Counted from the stretch's first letter, positions 12,801 to 26,000 are shown. The stretch: DNA of 64,000 bases from Haliotis rubra (GCF_003918875.1 NW_025767013.1:3348001-3412000); one strand, 5' to 3'. Made by a program: numbers and translations. Notes: a model not told the origin generated them from the letters alone.

Positions 12801-15800
12801 AGTAACTTGAGTATGTATGTTCGCAAGCAAAGTCAGAATTAATTTGTTTACTGTGATTTATATTCTGTAACGTACGCAACTGGAGCTCTAACGAGATGTA
12901 ATGTAACCGATACATAATGTACTAGCCTCACTGAATGGGGGCGGTGGGGTAGCCCAGTGCTTAAAGCGTTCGCTAGTCACGCCCGAAAACCCGGGCTCGA
13001 TTCCCACATGGGTACAATGTGTGAAGCCCATTTCTGGTGTCCGCCGCCCTGGTATTGCTGGAATGTTGTTAAAAGCGGCGTTAAACTAAACTCACTCGCC
13101 CCTGCGTAATGGCAGTTTGTTTCTTCCAAAGGACGGGGTGGAGAGTCTGGACTCAGAGCGCTGTCATGTGATGTCGTTGGAGTCAAGACTAACAAGAGAT
13201 ACTCCATCCTTAGAGCTGGGTAAGCAACGGAAGTAAACATCAGAGCTCCGCAAACCTTCAAAATAAAGTCTGGGATGGGATTAAAATATTAAAGAGTTTG
13301 TTAGCCCGTAGCTTTGAACGCTTCTAACAGTTAGAATGACATGAAATATTAAACGACCCTTGGCCGTGTTTCTTTTTGAAATTGGTTTAGTCTTCAAATT
13401 ATTGTCCATCTAAAGAAATATTCATTCGGTTATTTTATACCTAAGTGTTACAATTAATCATGTGCAATAAGCATCATCCGAAATATGATTTCAAAACGAA
13501 GCGCATGTTTCATAACACTACCAGTTTCTTTTCTCCTTGTCAGCAAGTGATGTGGCGTTCAAAATAGGTTATTCACGATTAGTCCACCAACCAGACCTTT
13601 GTTCCTGGATATATATATATATATATATATAACTCGTATTGTGGCGTTTTTCCAATGGTGATTGTATCTCCCGCACTTGAAGGTCTTGGGCAACCCATGC
13701 TTATCGTAAGATGCGATTGGGTAGCCTCGTGGTTAAGGCGTTCACTCGTCACGCCGAAGGCCCGGGTTCGATTCCCCACATGGGTACAATGTGTGAAGCC
13801 CATTTCTGGTATCCCACGTCCTGATATTGCTGGAATATTGCTAAAAGCGGCGTAAAACCCAACTCACTCACTCACGTAAGATGCGGCAAACGAGATTGTG
13901 TTGTCAGGTTCGCTGACCTGCTTGATGCATTTTATCATACGCCATCGATGCTCATGTCATGTCTGGTACATGTTCGACTGTCTGTAGGCCACCATAATAG
14001 CTACCGTATTGCTGTCTGCAGCGTAACAGTAACACATTAATTCATGTCCACTTTACATGGCAGAATCTAGTCTTTCTAACCCTGTGACTTGTGTAAAACT
14101 GGAACATCACGTCATTGGACTGTGAAGTGAGTTTAGTTTTACACCAAACTCAGCAATATTCCAGCTATATGGCGGCAGTCCGGACCAGAAAATCCAGTGA
14201 TCAACAGCATGAGCATCGATCTACGCAATCTACGATGACGTTTGTCAATCAATCCCATTAGTCGTCTCTTACAAGCATGGGTTACTGAAGATCGATTCTA
14301 ACCTGAATTTGGATTATGAATCATATGCGAGAATAGTATTGCATATTGCATGGTATGGAAACGGTTTACGCATTAACTTTCATCTAAACGTGACAGGGCT
14401 GCTATCTGAACCCTGCTTGGTCAACATTAAAGGGGAAAGGATGCTTGTTTATGATGTCGGGTTGCAGTTGCGGTGACGGTATGATCTTCAACAAGACTGC
14501 TGGGTTCACCACCAAGGGCCTGACATCCATCAGCCCATACTTTGCCACCTTCAACCTCTTTCAGGACGAAGAAGTGTTCTTTGACTGCAACTTCACTCTC
14601 TGCAGAAAGGCTTGCGATGGGGTGAGACCGTCATGCTAGAAGGTCTCAATTGTAATGCCAGTAAAACGACGTTTAACTATATTTTCATATTAATAAACAT
14701 AACGATTTATTACGTCTTTTGTTATTTCAAAGTATGTGAACTGTTTTGAGGAAAGTGTAATCGTAAGCCTTACTCTTCGTGTTCTCAGAGTTCCTGTGCT
14801 ACGGTTCGCCGGAAGAGATCAATGGACAATGATCTGTCTGGTAGGTATTTCACCCGTTTTGCTTCAGTTTACGAACGCTGTTCTATTGATGATAATAATA
14901 ATGCCGAGACCCAAACACCCTTCTGTAAGGCCACTAAAAGTGTCTTGGGTAATTGTGTCTAGGTATGCCAACGATATGTTGGCCGTAGTAGGGCTGGGAA
15001 AACTGCGGGAGATGGGATTGTCTTGAATGTTTTTTTTAAAATACATGGTTGACTTGGTGACGTTCCAGAGAAGTGTGTGTTCAGTCATTGATAAATATGA
15101 TGACGCCGCCAAACAATTAATTTGGGTTAATGTAATCAGATTGTTGTCGAAATATTGGTGCCAGATCTCTGACGGCATGTTTCGACCAACGAGGAAACCC
15201 TTAAGAGAATATATGAATACTATAAATTTTGAAATCCACATGGCAATGTGCTTGCACATCCACGAATGGATACTCCGGGTCAGAAAAGAATCCTGTCCCC
15301 TTCTTTGATGGACTCTTTTCTGTTTATAGATTGCATGACCCTGGAATAGTTCACGTAAATTAGAAGGAAAGACAAGTTCGTATCTTCAGGAAAGACCATA
15401 TTGCTGTAACTGCTATTATGGAGATTCACAACAGGTCCTGAGCACCTAAGGCTTATCACTGAAATTAATATCTGAAATTATTACGTTGTGACCTTGACTC
15501 TGTCTGAATGTGGTGACGTATGCAACTGTTGATCATATTACAGTACAACCAGAAATTATTGAGAATTTAAAAATTGTAATATTTTTATTTTTTTCTCACA
15601 TTACTCACGTATTAAATGTGAATATTAGCAGAACATAACTCCAGATTCAAAGACAGGTGAACAGTTAGTATTTTGTCAAGTCACCATGGGCAGCAATGAA
15701 GGCTTCAATGCGGCGGGGCATACTACTGATCAAAGAAGTTACAAAGTCGTGGTCCATGCTCTCCCAATATCGGACCACCTCTTCTTTCATTTCAGCAATA

Positions 15801-17230
15801 TTTGTCAGATTTTTCGTATTGACTTTCCTTCATAAGTCCCCAAACATTTTCTATTGGATTTAGGTCTGGGCTATAGCTTGGCCAATCTAATAATGTCATA
15901 TTTTGGGTCCGAAACCAGGCCTGTGAATGCTTTGAACGATGTTTTGGGTTGTTGTCCTGCTGGAAAATCAAAAAATTTCCATAGAACACGTGAGCAGATG
16001 GAAGTAAATGTCCCTCGAGAATATATGTGTACCGCTCACTGTTCATATTCCCTTCATCTACACAGAGGGGCGTTGACCCTAACACAGATATGACACCCCA
16101 CACGTTAAATTTCAGACTGTACTTGGGCGCTGATACAAAGGTTTTTCAGTATGTTTGGTCCAGAATTTCAGTGTATTAGGAAACAGCCACACAGAACTTT
16201 CATCTTAGAAAATCACATTGTCCCAGTTAAATTTTCTATGCTGTAAGCACCAGTTCAACCTTCGCTCCTTTTGTTCAGATTTCATGATCGGTGATGGAAT
16301 TCCTCGTCTTTTCTGCCAACCCATTGCATGCAGCTCAGTTGTAATTGTCTCCTTACAGACAGCCACAGTTCCTCTATCAATCATATCCAACATTAAGATT
16401 TCTAAACGCCTTCGTTTGTTTTTAGAAACAAGAATACCAAGCCGCCTCCTGTCACCGACAGTCAATTTTCTGGGCCTACCTGCGCCTCCCTGGTGCTCAA
16501 TGCCATATCCATTTGCAATATTTTTCAAAACACGATAAACAGTGGACAAAGGGATGCCTGTTCTACATGAAATAATTTTAGCTGATCTGATGTCCTTGTT
16601 ATACTACTCTAAAATCAACTTCCTCTTCTCTAAATCATCCATACTGAGGATCACTGAAAATGTCGTCGGCTAGCAAGTAAACAAAGGGATAACTCTTCAC
16701 AAACTAATGAAAAGGATTAACAGAGTTGTCTCTCTTGAATGAAACCAAGCACTTGATAGCTGGTCAAGGTTGTTTATACTAGAAATCCAATTAAACATGT
16801 TCCAAAAATTCTCAAATTCATACTATATCAACCACTGTTTTCCTGCAACTTCATTTACTTGAATCTGACAGCTTTAAACATTCAATCAATTATTGTAACG
16901 TTTCAATATCGAGAGCACCTCTTTTTAGGAATAGTATCGACTACACTCATGTGAACTTCTGTTCCAGGAGAAAGTATCAACGGAATCGCCTCAAACACTG
17001 TCAACGTGAACGCCTACGACGATGAGCTTGTGGGGATATTAGACCCTAACGAACCCTCACCCTGCAGGAGTAGTGGGCTCTGGAAGGTTCTGGTAACCAT
17101 ACATTGGGAGTATGTGATGCTGTCCTTGTCACTAACCATCACGTTCCTGATCGTCATACTGGTTGTCAAGTCGATTTCAACAAGATCGGTTGTTAAGGAA
17201 CCAGACATGAAGCCCACTTTACACATGTAA
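9844..17230 (+). CDS. Vitelline-envelope ZP-domain protein, paralogue 2 (VEZP family), 374 aa, complete
   Basis: Exons 9844-9894, 10246-10285, 11116-11291, 11496-11650, 12201-12346, 13132-13219, 14468-14621, 14789-14840, 16968-17230 (1125 nt, open to TAA). Signal peptide MAPTSAAITVLLMFLLP, ZP module ending FFDCNFTLCRKACDGSSC, furin site RRKR, TM helix YVMLSLSLTITFLIVILVV, short tail. AATAAA near 17433. Confidence 0.92.
10338..10600 (-). mobile_element. SINE-like family B
   Basis: Full copy; TSD ACTGCATCATAGG. Confidence 0.92.
10686..10846 (+). mobile_element. SINE family A
   Basis: Full copy. Confidence 0.88.
12937..13098 (+). mobile_element. SINE family A
   Basis: Full copy ending ~35 nt before the exon-6 acceptor of ZP paralogue 2. 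Confidence 0.9.
13716..13874 (+). mobile_element. SINE family A nested in a family B copy (~13640-14030)
   Basis: TSD CGTAAGATGCG at 13705-13715 and 13875-13885. Confidence 0.9.
14127..14310 (-). mobile_element. SINE-like family B (internally deleted)
   Basis: Head and tail match the family. Confidence 0.8.
15541..16815 (-). mobile_element. Decayed Tc1 (DD34E) transposon in the last intron of ZP paralogue 2
   Basis: Transposase pieces from ATG 16642: STVYRVLK..GAGRPRKLT, RLNWCLQH..WDNVIF*DE, FQQDNNPKH-(34 aa)-SPDLNPIE, with stops and frameshifts. Left end TA|CAGTACAACC; the right TIR is only partly recognisable (AAATTCTCAA ~16806-16815). Confidence 0.88.
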
Positions 17231-17519
17231 AGGATGCCTATTAAATCATAATAGACCTGATCGTGGTTTGTTTTCATCAAGAACTCAAATCTTATCCAGA
17301 ATTAGATTTGGTTTTCTAAATGACCACTGTCAACGATTGGAATGCTGCAGTGTGGATCCCTGTGCCTGCTTAACAAACCATACATTAAGATTCGACCCTT
17401 GGCTGCATGGTGAGCTATCGTCCAGTTAAGATAATAAACCTTTGCTCTGTTTCACTTACAGGTGAATAGGACGTTAACTTTGTTGAACTTCAGTGGCCAT
17501 ACAGTTCTAACTATGCATA

Positions 17520-17686
17520 GGGGCGGTGGGGTAGTCTAGTGGTTAAAGCGTTGGCTCGTCACGCCGAAGACCCGGGTTCGAATCCCCACATGGGTACAAT
17601 GAGTGAAGCCCATTTCTGCTGTCCCCCCGCCGTAATATTGCTGGAGTATTGCTAAAAGCGGCGTAAAACCAAAGTCAGTCAGTCAG
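17520..17686 (+). mobile_element. SINE family A
   Basis: Full copy; TSD TCTAACTATGCATA; (AGTC)n tail. Confidence 0.92.
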
Positions 17687-17711
17687 TCTAACTATGCATA
17701 CTTTTGGGGAG

Positions 17712-18013
17712 TACTCGTGAAGAACCAGGTTAGAATTGATCATCAGTAACCACGGATGTTGTGGCGTTTGTCCCATGTGGTGGTTGTAATCCCCGCCCTT
17801 GAAGGTCCTGGGCAACCCATGCTTATCGTAAGAGGCGCCTAACGGAATCGGGTGGTCATGCTCGCTGACTTGACTGATACATGTCCCCTTGTCCCAATTG
17901 CATAGATTGATGCTCATGCTGTTGATCACTGGATTGTCTGGTCAAGACGCGATTCTTTACAGACTGCCGCTATACAACTGGAATAATCCGGCGTAAAACT
18001 GAACTCGCTCACT
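17712..18013 (+). mobile_element. SINE-like family B variant with extended head
   Basis: Extra TTGTGGCGTTT...CCCGCCCTTGAAGGTCCTGGGCAACC segment, also seen at ~13640-13695. Confidence 0.82.
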
Positions 18014-18655
18014 TTTTATGGGTACGACCAGCCAATGCAGTTACTCGCTATTCAGGCCTCGTTTAGGTCTGACGGCAACCTATGCTCATTGGACCCGGAT
18101 TTTATCAAGGTTAGTCAGCCGTGCTCGTGGATTGACCGGAAGGATTTGCATAAAACTTATTTCACTACAGTACTGTTCAAGACATATAGCTGTAGAAATG
18201 AGATACAACTGAGAACCACATAGTGGTGCAGGAGTGATCAGCCATAATGTTGACTGTTCTGCAACCACACACGCACAACTACATGAAAGATTAAAGAATT
18301 GAGTCTGAGCCAATATGAACAGAAGCTTAGTTGTATGGGGGACTAAAAGTTGTGAGCATACAGGAGAAAGATCGGTTAACGAGCCTGTGGCGATTACAAT
18401 TTGGCCAGTTGATCAATGATGACTATTCTTAAAAAGTGACCATTATTAACGTGTGAAATATATCCCAAGGTAAACTCATCCATTGCTGTTCAGTCCCTGG
18501 TTGTTTTGTGGTGGTTTGTAGTCTTGTGCATAGAGCTCAGGTCACAAATCAGATGAAGTTTGATAAGGTTAGGTGCAGAGATTCCTTGAATGGGTGACCC
18601 TGTTTGGCAGCTTGACTCTTGTGACTTTTTAGAACATCAGCCCTGCCCCACATGG

Positions 18656-18895
18656 AGTGAGTGAGTGAATTTAGTTTTACATCACACTCAGAAATATTCC
18701 AGCTATATGGCGGCGGTCTGTAAATTATCATGTCTGGACCAGACAATTCAGTGATCAATAGCATGAGCATTGTTCTACGCAATTGGGATAAGATGACGTA
18801 CAACAGTCAGCGAGCCTGACCACCTGATCCTGTTAGTTGCCTCTTACAAGCATGGGTTACCGAAGATCAATTCTAACCCAGATCTTCACGGGTCC
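18656..18895 (-). mobile_element. SINE-like family B
   Basis: Full copy; CCCACAT on both flanks. Confidence 0.88.
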
Positions 18896-18927
18896 CACAT
18901 CAAAGAACATGTGATACATGAAGTCTC

Positions 18928-19146
18928 ACCTTAGGCAAGGTTGGTTTGTTCAAACTTGCCTCTGTTCACCCAGCAGAAAATGGGTACCTGATGGGATAAG
19001 TCGTGTGACTATTAACCTTCTAGCGACTCACAGGCAGTTTGGGTTATCCTGGGTAATAATAATCAGATTGTGTGTTAGCTTTGAACATGTACATTATGAA
19101 TGTAAAAGGTGCATTATAAATGCACAATTATTCTTATTATTATAAT
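18928..19146 (+). mobile_element. Fourth SINE type, 5'-truncated (Deu/Nin-like core, L2-like tail)
   Basis: CTGTTCACCCAGCAGAAAATGGGTACC core and ...GTGCATTATAAATGCACAA-(TTA)n tail. Confidence 0.6.
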
Positions 19147-19436
19147 AAATAGGAATGACTTGAATGTACATACATTAAAATACTGAAGTCAATTCTTAAT
19201 AGGTCTTAATCATAATCATACCAAGGAATTTGAAGGGAGGAGGAAGTTGTGCACCAGTGTGTGTACGAACGGACCCTCTGTCATGTAACCATCCTTTTGG
19301 TCCAATGGAAAAGCCATAGATAGTACGTGAACAGAACATTTAGAAAAAGTGCCAATGTTCATAAAGTTTGGTCTTCACTATGAATACTCATACTCCAGTG
19401 AACTGACACAAAGTGAAAGTCAGTTCTTAAATGACT

Positions 19437-19597
19437 GGGGCGGTGGGGTAGCCTAGTGGATAAAGCGTTGGTTTGTCACACCCGGGTTCGAATCCCACAT
19501 GGGTACAATGTGTGAAGCCCATTTCTGGCGTCCCCCGCCGTGATGTTGCTGGAATATTGCTAAAAACGCCGTAAAAACCATACTCACTCACTCACTC
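19437..19597 (+). mobile_element. SINE family A
   Basis: Full copy with a small deletion. Confidence 0.88.
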
Positions 19598-20033
19598 AAA
19601 AGGGATAGTTGTCATTTTAAAACTCAGTCAGTCTTAAATGACTGTGGTTTTGTGTTCTGCACGTCACCAGACAGAAAGACAGCTGATTCATCAGATCATC
19701 ATCCATTTTGACAGGCGACTACCCAACTTGAACACATCCGATCAACTAATACAAGCCTCCCATTTTCAGTGTAAACATTTTATTAATAAGTTAACATGTT
19801 GTATAGTTTCATTTTCAAAGATGAGGCAAAAACCTTAACTTTGCAGTGCAAACATTTTGTTCCCCATTTAAATGAATCTGCAGACAATCCATATCCATTT
19901 TTTTCAGTTCTGTTGCAGTCGGAACTCTACAGTTTCACCTCCTGCAAATTGGTAGTTGTCACCTCCCAGTATACAAATGCCTTGCAGAATTCCTGCAATT
20001 TTGACAATGGAAGTTTGTGTTTGATAATCATCA

Positions 20034-23000
20034 TCACTTGGGGCCTTTCCCTGATCCTGCAAGAGAGGATGCTTGTGATGGCCTGTTGATAAGTGATCCT
20101 TGAGATCTGGAATGAAATAAATATATAGTTTTCTGAGAGTTATGCTTAGTAGCATCCCTGTAATTTTTGTATTTCCTACACCACAAAGCCCCACAGAAGA
20201 CCTTGATAATGTCCCAGGGTTATTCTTTGGCCAGACTGCCGTAATATAGGTGGAATATTGCTGAGTGCAGCATTAAAATATAACAAACTAAACCTCTTTG
20301 CCCTCACATATTGAAAATGTCAAATGTCTGTGGTTACATGTTCTCAAAATATTCAGGCAATTAAAAAAAAAAACTGGTTTAGGTCATAACAAAACCAGTT
20401 AAGAATAGGATTTAACGTCTTATTATGTAGTTACAATTTCCATTCCTAAAAGTATGCTTACCCTTCAAGGACAAAAGCTTATATTTCTATGTGTGTTCAC
20501 AAATCCAATCCAATGAAATGTTGGTACTGTTACCATATGTAAAGGTCATCAGAAGTTGTATTGAATATTAAGACAGCACCATATTACTGTTAGATTATTA
20601 CAAAACTGTGGCTCTAAACTTTGCTGATGACCTTCACCTGGATGTAAGTTGTGGCACACTACTAGAGTAGAAGCTTACCTTGCTGACGACCTTCACCTTG
20701 ATGTAAGTTGTGGCACACCACTAGAAGCTTACCTTGCTGACGACCTGCACCTTGATGTAAGTTGTGGCACTTCACTAGAAGCTTACCTTGCTGACGACCT
20801 GCACCTTGATGTAAGATGTGGCACACCACTAGAAGCTTACCTTGCTGACGACCTGCACCTTGATGTAAGTTGTGGCACACCACTAGAAGCTTACCTTGCT
20901 GACGACCTGCACCTGGATGTAAGTTGTGGCACACCACTAGAAGCTTACCTTGCTGACTGACCTGCACCTGCCTTTGATGTAAGCAGGTGGCCACCACTAG
21001 AAGCTTACCTTGCTGACGACCTGCATCTTGATGTAAGTTGTGGCACACCACTAGAAGCTTACCTTGCTGACGACCTGCACCTTGATGTAAGTTGTGGCAC
21101 ACCACTAGAAGCTTACCTTGCTGACGACCTGCACCTGGATGTAAGTTGTGGCACACCACTAGAAGCTTACCTTGCTGACGACCTGCACCTTGATGTAAGT
21201 TGTGGCACATCACTAGAAGCTTACCTTGCTGGCTGACGACCTGCACCTTGATGTAAGTTGTGGCACACCACTAGAAGCTTACCTTGCTGATGACCTGCAC
21301 CTTGATGTAAGTTGTGGCACACCACTAGAAGCTTACCTTGCTGACGACCTGCATCTTGATGTAAGATGTGGCACATCACTAGAAGCTTACCTTGCTGACG
21401 ACCTGCACCTTGATGTAAGATGTGGCACATCACTAGAAGCTTACCTTGCTGACGACCTGCAGCTTGATGTAAGTTGTGGCACACCACTAGAAGCTTACCT
21501 TGCTGACGACACTGGTGGTTTCTTCTTGCCGGCTTGCCCAGTCTGGCCGGCATTCTGAGCCCCTGCAGCTTGTTTTCTTGAAAATAATAAACATCATTGG
21601 CTGAATAACCTGTCTAATCCTGGCAATATTCCTTGTATTGTCCTGGGAGATAAAAACATCTAAACCTCTCGTGTCAAACTCATGACAACCTTTCTCTTCA
21701 TGGGTAGCAATAAAAAAACTGACAATAAAATGATTGTGATAAAATGTTTGTCTAGTTTCTGGGAAAAGTATTTTTTTAAAGTAACTCCTATGTATAAGTG
21801 TACTATGGGTTGTGTGACAGTAATGACTAAAATATGGCTACTGGGTATCTATACTACTCAAAACAAGTTAAGGGTCATGCGATCATGTAATGTTAGTGAT
21901 GAGGCTGGTTGCATTATGTATAAATAACATTTTACATTCTGTGTATGGTAGTTTATTCAAAACCACTGCAGAACCTGGATAAAGGCTGCAGATAACCGTG
22001 GTGCCAATAGTCATCATGTGGTAGGGTGTTAAAAAATGAACAAATTGAAACACCGAGTGCTTCACAGAAGCACCACCACTGTGCGTGTGAAAGATGATGT
22101 TTCATCATGAACAACATGGGCACGTGTTCTTCGTGGGATTAGTGCTGTGCATGCTTATTTTCCCTATAAAACTTGTAAATGTCGCATTGTTATTGTCACT
22201 TGAAATTCAACAATGGCAAGACGTCAACTGAGCATGACAGACATAGGAAGAGCTCTTGCGTGGCTTCAAGATGGCGAACCTCAACGCAGTGTGGCTCAGA
22301 GACTAAATGTGAGTCAGAGTGTCATTAGAAGGTTATGGCACCGGTTTCGTGTCACTGGAACGCTGACTAATCGACCACGTTCTGCCAGGCCTCCATCAAC
22401 AACTCCTAGAAAAGACCGATACCTGACAAATATGGCTCTTCCACAACGCAGAGTAGCTGCCAGACAATTCCGTGACTAACTGAGAACTGCCACAAGTAAC
22501 CTGGTATCTGATCAGACTCTCAGGAACCGACTGACGAGGAATAATCTTCGGGCACGGTGACCAGCAATACGACCACCGCTCCTTCAGCGACACACCACGG
22601 CAAGACATGACTGGTGTAGACGCCATGTTCGTTGGCAGCGTGCTCAGTGGGCATCAGTTCTTTCCTCCGGCGAGTCTAGGTTTACTCTACAGTACATTGA
22701 TGGCAGAACTTCCGTGTGTATCGGCGCCCAGGAGGGAGGTTTGCTGATGTTAACGCCAACCAACGTTTGCCATTTGGAGGCGGGGGTGTCATGGTTTGGA
22801 AGTGCGTTTTCCTTTCATCAAAGGACACCTCTCTATGTCATTAATGGTACCCTGACCGAAATCGCTATCACGGGGAGATTATCAGACCCCTTGTTTTGCA
22901 ATGTTTACAACGCATACCGGCGCCGGATCCATATTCGAAGGTGGCAATGCCCAACCACACCGTGCCCATGTTGTGACGGACTTTCGTAGACAGAACAATG

Positions 23001-26000
23001 TTCAGCACATGGAATGCCCGGCATATTCAGCAGATTTAGCCCCTATGGAACATGCTTGGGACGAGTAAGGACGTCGGCTTCGTAACAACCACGCCCCTCC
23101 AATCAACCGTGCAGAACTGGCCCAGCATCTCATTGCAGAATGGCAGACAATACCCCAAGCCTTCTTCCAACGACTGGTGAACAGTATGAGACAGAGGTGT
23201 ACTGCTTGTCTTACTGCTCGAGGTGGTTACATCCGTTATTAGTCCAATGTTGGCATTTGAATTTTCACTTCTGACAGTTGGTCACTTTGACCTTATTGAT
23301 CAGCAATCACTGACATTCCTGCTGTTTTTGTCTCCCGTTATGGTTATCATGAAATGTTGGCTCGAGTTGTTATATGATCGCTACATTTTATTGTTATATA
23401 TATTTGTAGTTATGGCCATTAAAAGTTTTGACCCTTAACTTGTTTTGAGTAGTATATATCTCATACAGAAGCTACAGTGTAGGGAGCGACAGCTCCAGAC
23501 TTACTTCCTATCAGCCCTGGATTTGAAGACTTTGCTTACGTCCAGCGTACTGATCACTACACTTGTGTCTGTGGCTGTCTTCTCTGGATGCATCTCCGTT
23601 ATTTCTCCATCCACTTCCAGCCTGATGGGAGCATACATGTTGAACCATTGCTGGAGACAGTAGGTACAGATTGTGGCAACATTCACATGGAACCAAGATT
23701 AAATGACTAGTTGTGTGACGATTCATCGATACGCATCGATGCATGGGCCGCCGATACAGTGAATCAATACAACGATTTACATTGTTGTATATCCCGATAT
23801 GATACTTCAAATGAGCCACGATACATTGATGTTTAACTTTTAATATTGCCAAATCGCGATATCTGTCAAGAAAAAAGATTTACTTTTGTTTAAGGATAGA
23901 AATATATGCTTACTTATTTTCCCTTCATAGGTAAATGTCTTCTTGGAAATTCTTGCGTCAAGAACTGTGTCAGACATAGCACTCACATGTTTTCAACATT
24001 CAACAAGTTCGTGTATAGACTTAATTATCTTGTTTCGAATGAACATTGAACAACGCTGGCAGAATTTGTCATAATACTTTAAAATTGATTTTGTTTTGAT
24101 CTTAAGGTGTTTTATAGTTGGTGTCAGAATTAAAGATTTTAGTATCATGTTGCCACCTTTACATCGGGATTTGTATCGTATCGCAGCTTCAGTGTACAAT
24201 ACTTTGGCAATATATCGTCGTGACTAAAATTTTAGTATCGTGATATATCATATCTCAGGTTGTATGCCAATACCAGCACTATAAATGACTGCACACATTC
24301 ACTTTTTAAACAAGAATATCAATCAGAATTTAGGATACTGTTTCTGATTTCATTAATATCAAGTAATCATAAAATATTATCCTCTGAAAATCGTTGGTTC
24401 ATCCTACCATTTTCTGAGATATTTCAGATTTTCTAATTCTCTCGAACCCACCCACTCAATAATAATCTCTATAATTCATTGTAGGCCTGAGTAGATGAGT
24501 ATGGTTTTTACGCCTTTTTTCAGCAATATCACTGCAGGGGACACCAGACATGGGTTTCACACATTGTACCCGTGTGGGGAATTGAACCCTGGTCTTCAGT
24601 GTGACGAACGGACGCTTTAACCATTTGGCTACCAACCCCCCACACCCTACACCCCCACGAAAACCCCGAAACCTGTGACACAACTTTAGGCTCCTGAGCT
24701 CAATGAATGTGTACATGTTTGTATTTAAATGCCACTTTCAAAGTTCCAGGTATATGATGGTGGACTGCAAATGGTCAGACCTCAGTCACATTTAAATCAG
24801 ACGGCTGGCTCTGATATGATGTTATATACTTTTGTACATCACGTGAACTCTTGGTAAACCAACCCACCAGTCTGAAGGAAGGATGCATGGGCTAGTCACA
24901 TATCAGTTTCATTGATGAAATGTCTTTACTACCTAAAATTATGACTTTAAAAACAACTCCAAACAACAGGGTGTATTAAACACCCACAATAATGTAATGG
25001 CACTGCATATTATTCTACTTTCGAACCTAATGTTTTAGTTTGCTTTTGAGACACTGAAAGCAGAGATTCTGGTACAAAATACTGCTTAATCATACTAAGA
25101 ATTTAGTTGCTGATTGGCTGAATAAAAGGTTCACCTTACACAACTTTCTATACAAGGGTCCCTTGGTCTTCGCCAGAGAAGAATCACTCTGAAGAATAGA
25201 TCTGAGTCCCATTCAACAAAGTGACAGCCTTCGGAGTTATGATCACCTTGGCACTATGATAGCTTTGTGGAAATTTGAATGAGATTGACTGAGTCACTGC
25301 CTGTTAACAGAGCACACATGGATCTATGAGGAATGAAAGTGGTCCTACTGAGCATACCCTGGCCTGAGCACTGAGCCCGATGTCTGTGAAGGCATACTGC
25401 CACTGTGGCAGCCCCAGGTGCATAAGCATGAGGCGGTAGTACTCCAGGAACGATGAGGCCAGGAAGTGCCACCGTCAGGGCACGGTCCAGAAACCAGATC
25501 TCCACGGTGGGCTCGCTCACTCCTACAATAAAATATTCAAATATTAGAAGACAAAAGTCTTGTGCAATACACTAATTTTCATCAATACTTGTCAAAAAGA
25601 TTTATTTGTGAAAAGCATTGTCATTGTAATATATACATAACTTCCTGAAAAGATTTTAGTAGTTTCATCTAATCAGTTTTTGCTGTTAACCTCTACATGG
25701 GTTTGGTTGGTATGTACAGGTGTTTCCAGGAGTGTTCAAGTGTGCAGAGGTGTGTCAAGGAGTGTCTAGGTGTGTCTAGCCATGTCCAGGTGTGTCTAGC
25801 CATGTCTAGGTGGGTCAGGCAATGACCAGGTGTGTCAAGGCATGTTCTGGTGTGTCAAGCATGTCCAGGTGTGTCAATGCATGTTCTGGTGTGTTAGCTA
25901 TCTCGAGGTGTGTCTGCAATGTGTAGGTATGTGTTGGTGTCTAGTCATGACTCAGAGTGTCTAGCCATGTCCAGGTGTGTCAGGCCATGTCCAGGTGTGT

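Noticed and set aside
19904-20194. 96-aa ORF as the last TPGS2 exon frame
   Set aside because: The splice phase from exon 8 selects another frame (RSQGSLINRPSQASSLAGSGKGPK*), which stops at 20034.
20649-21558. Repetitive ORFs (EAYLADDLHLDVSCGTPL; QQGKLLVVCHNLHQGAGR) as proteins
   Set aside because: They are translations of a 54-bp minisatellite, open on both strands, broken by indels and inside a TPGS2 intron.
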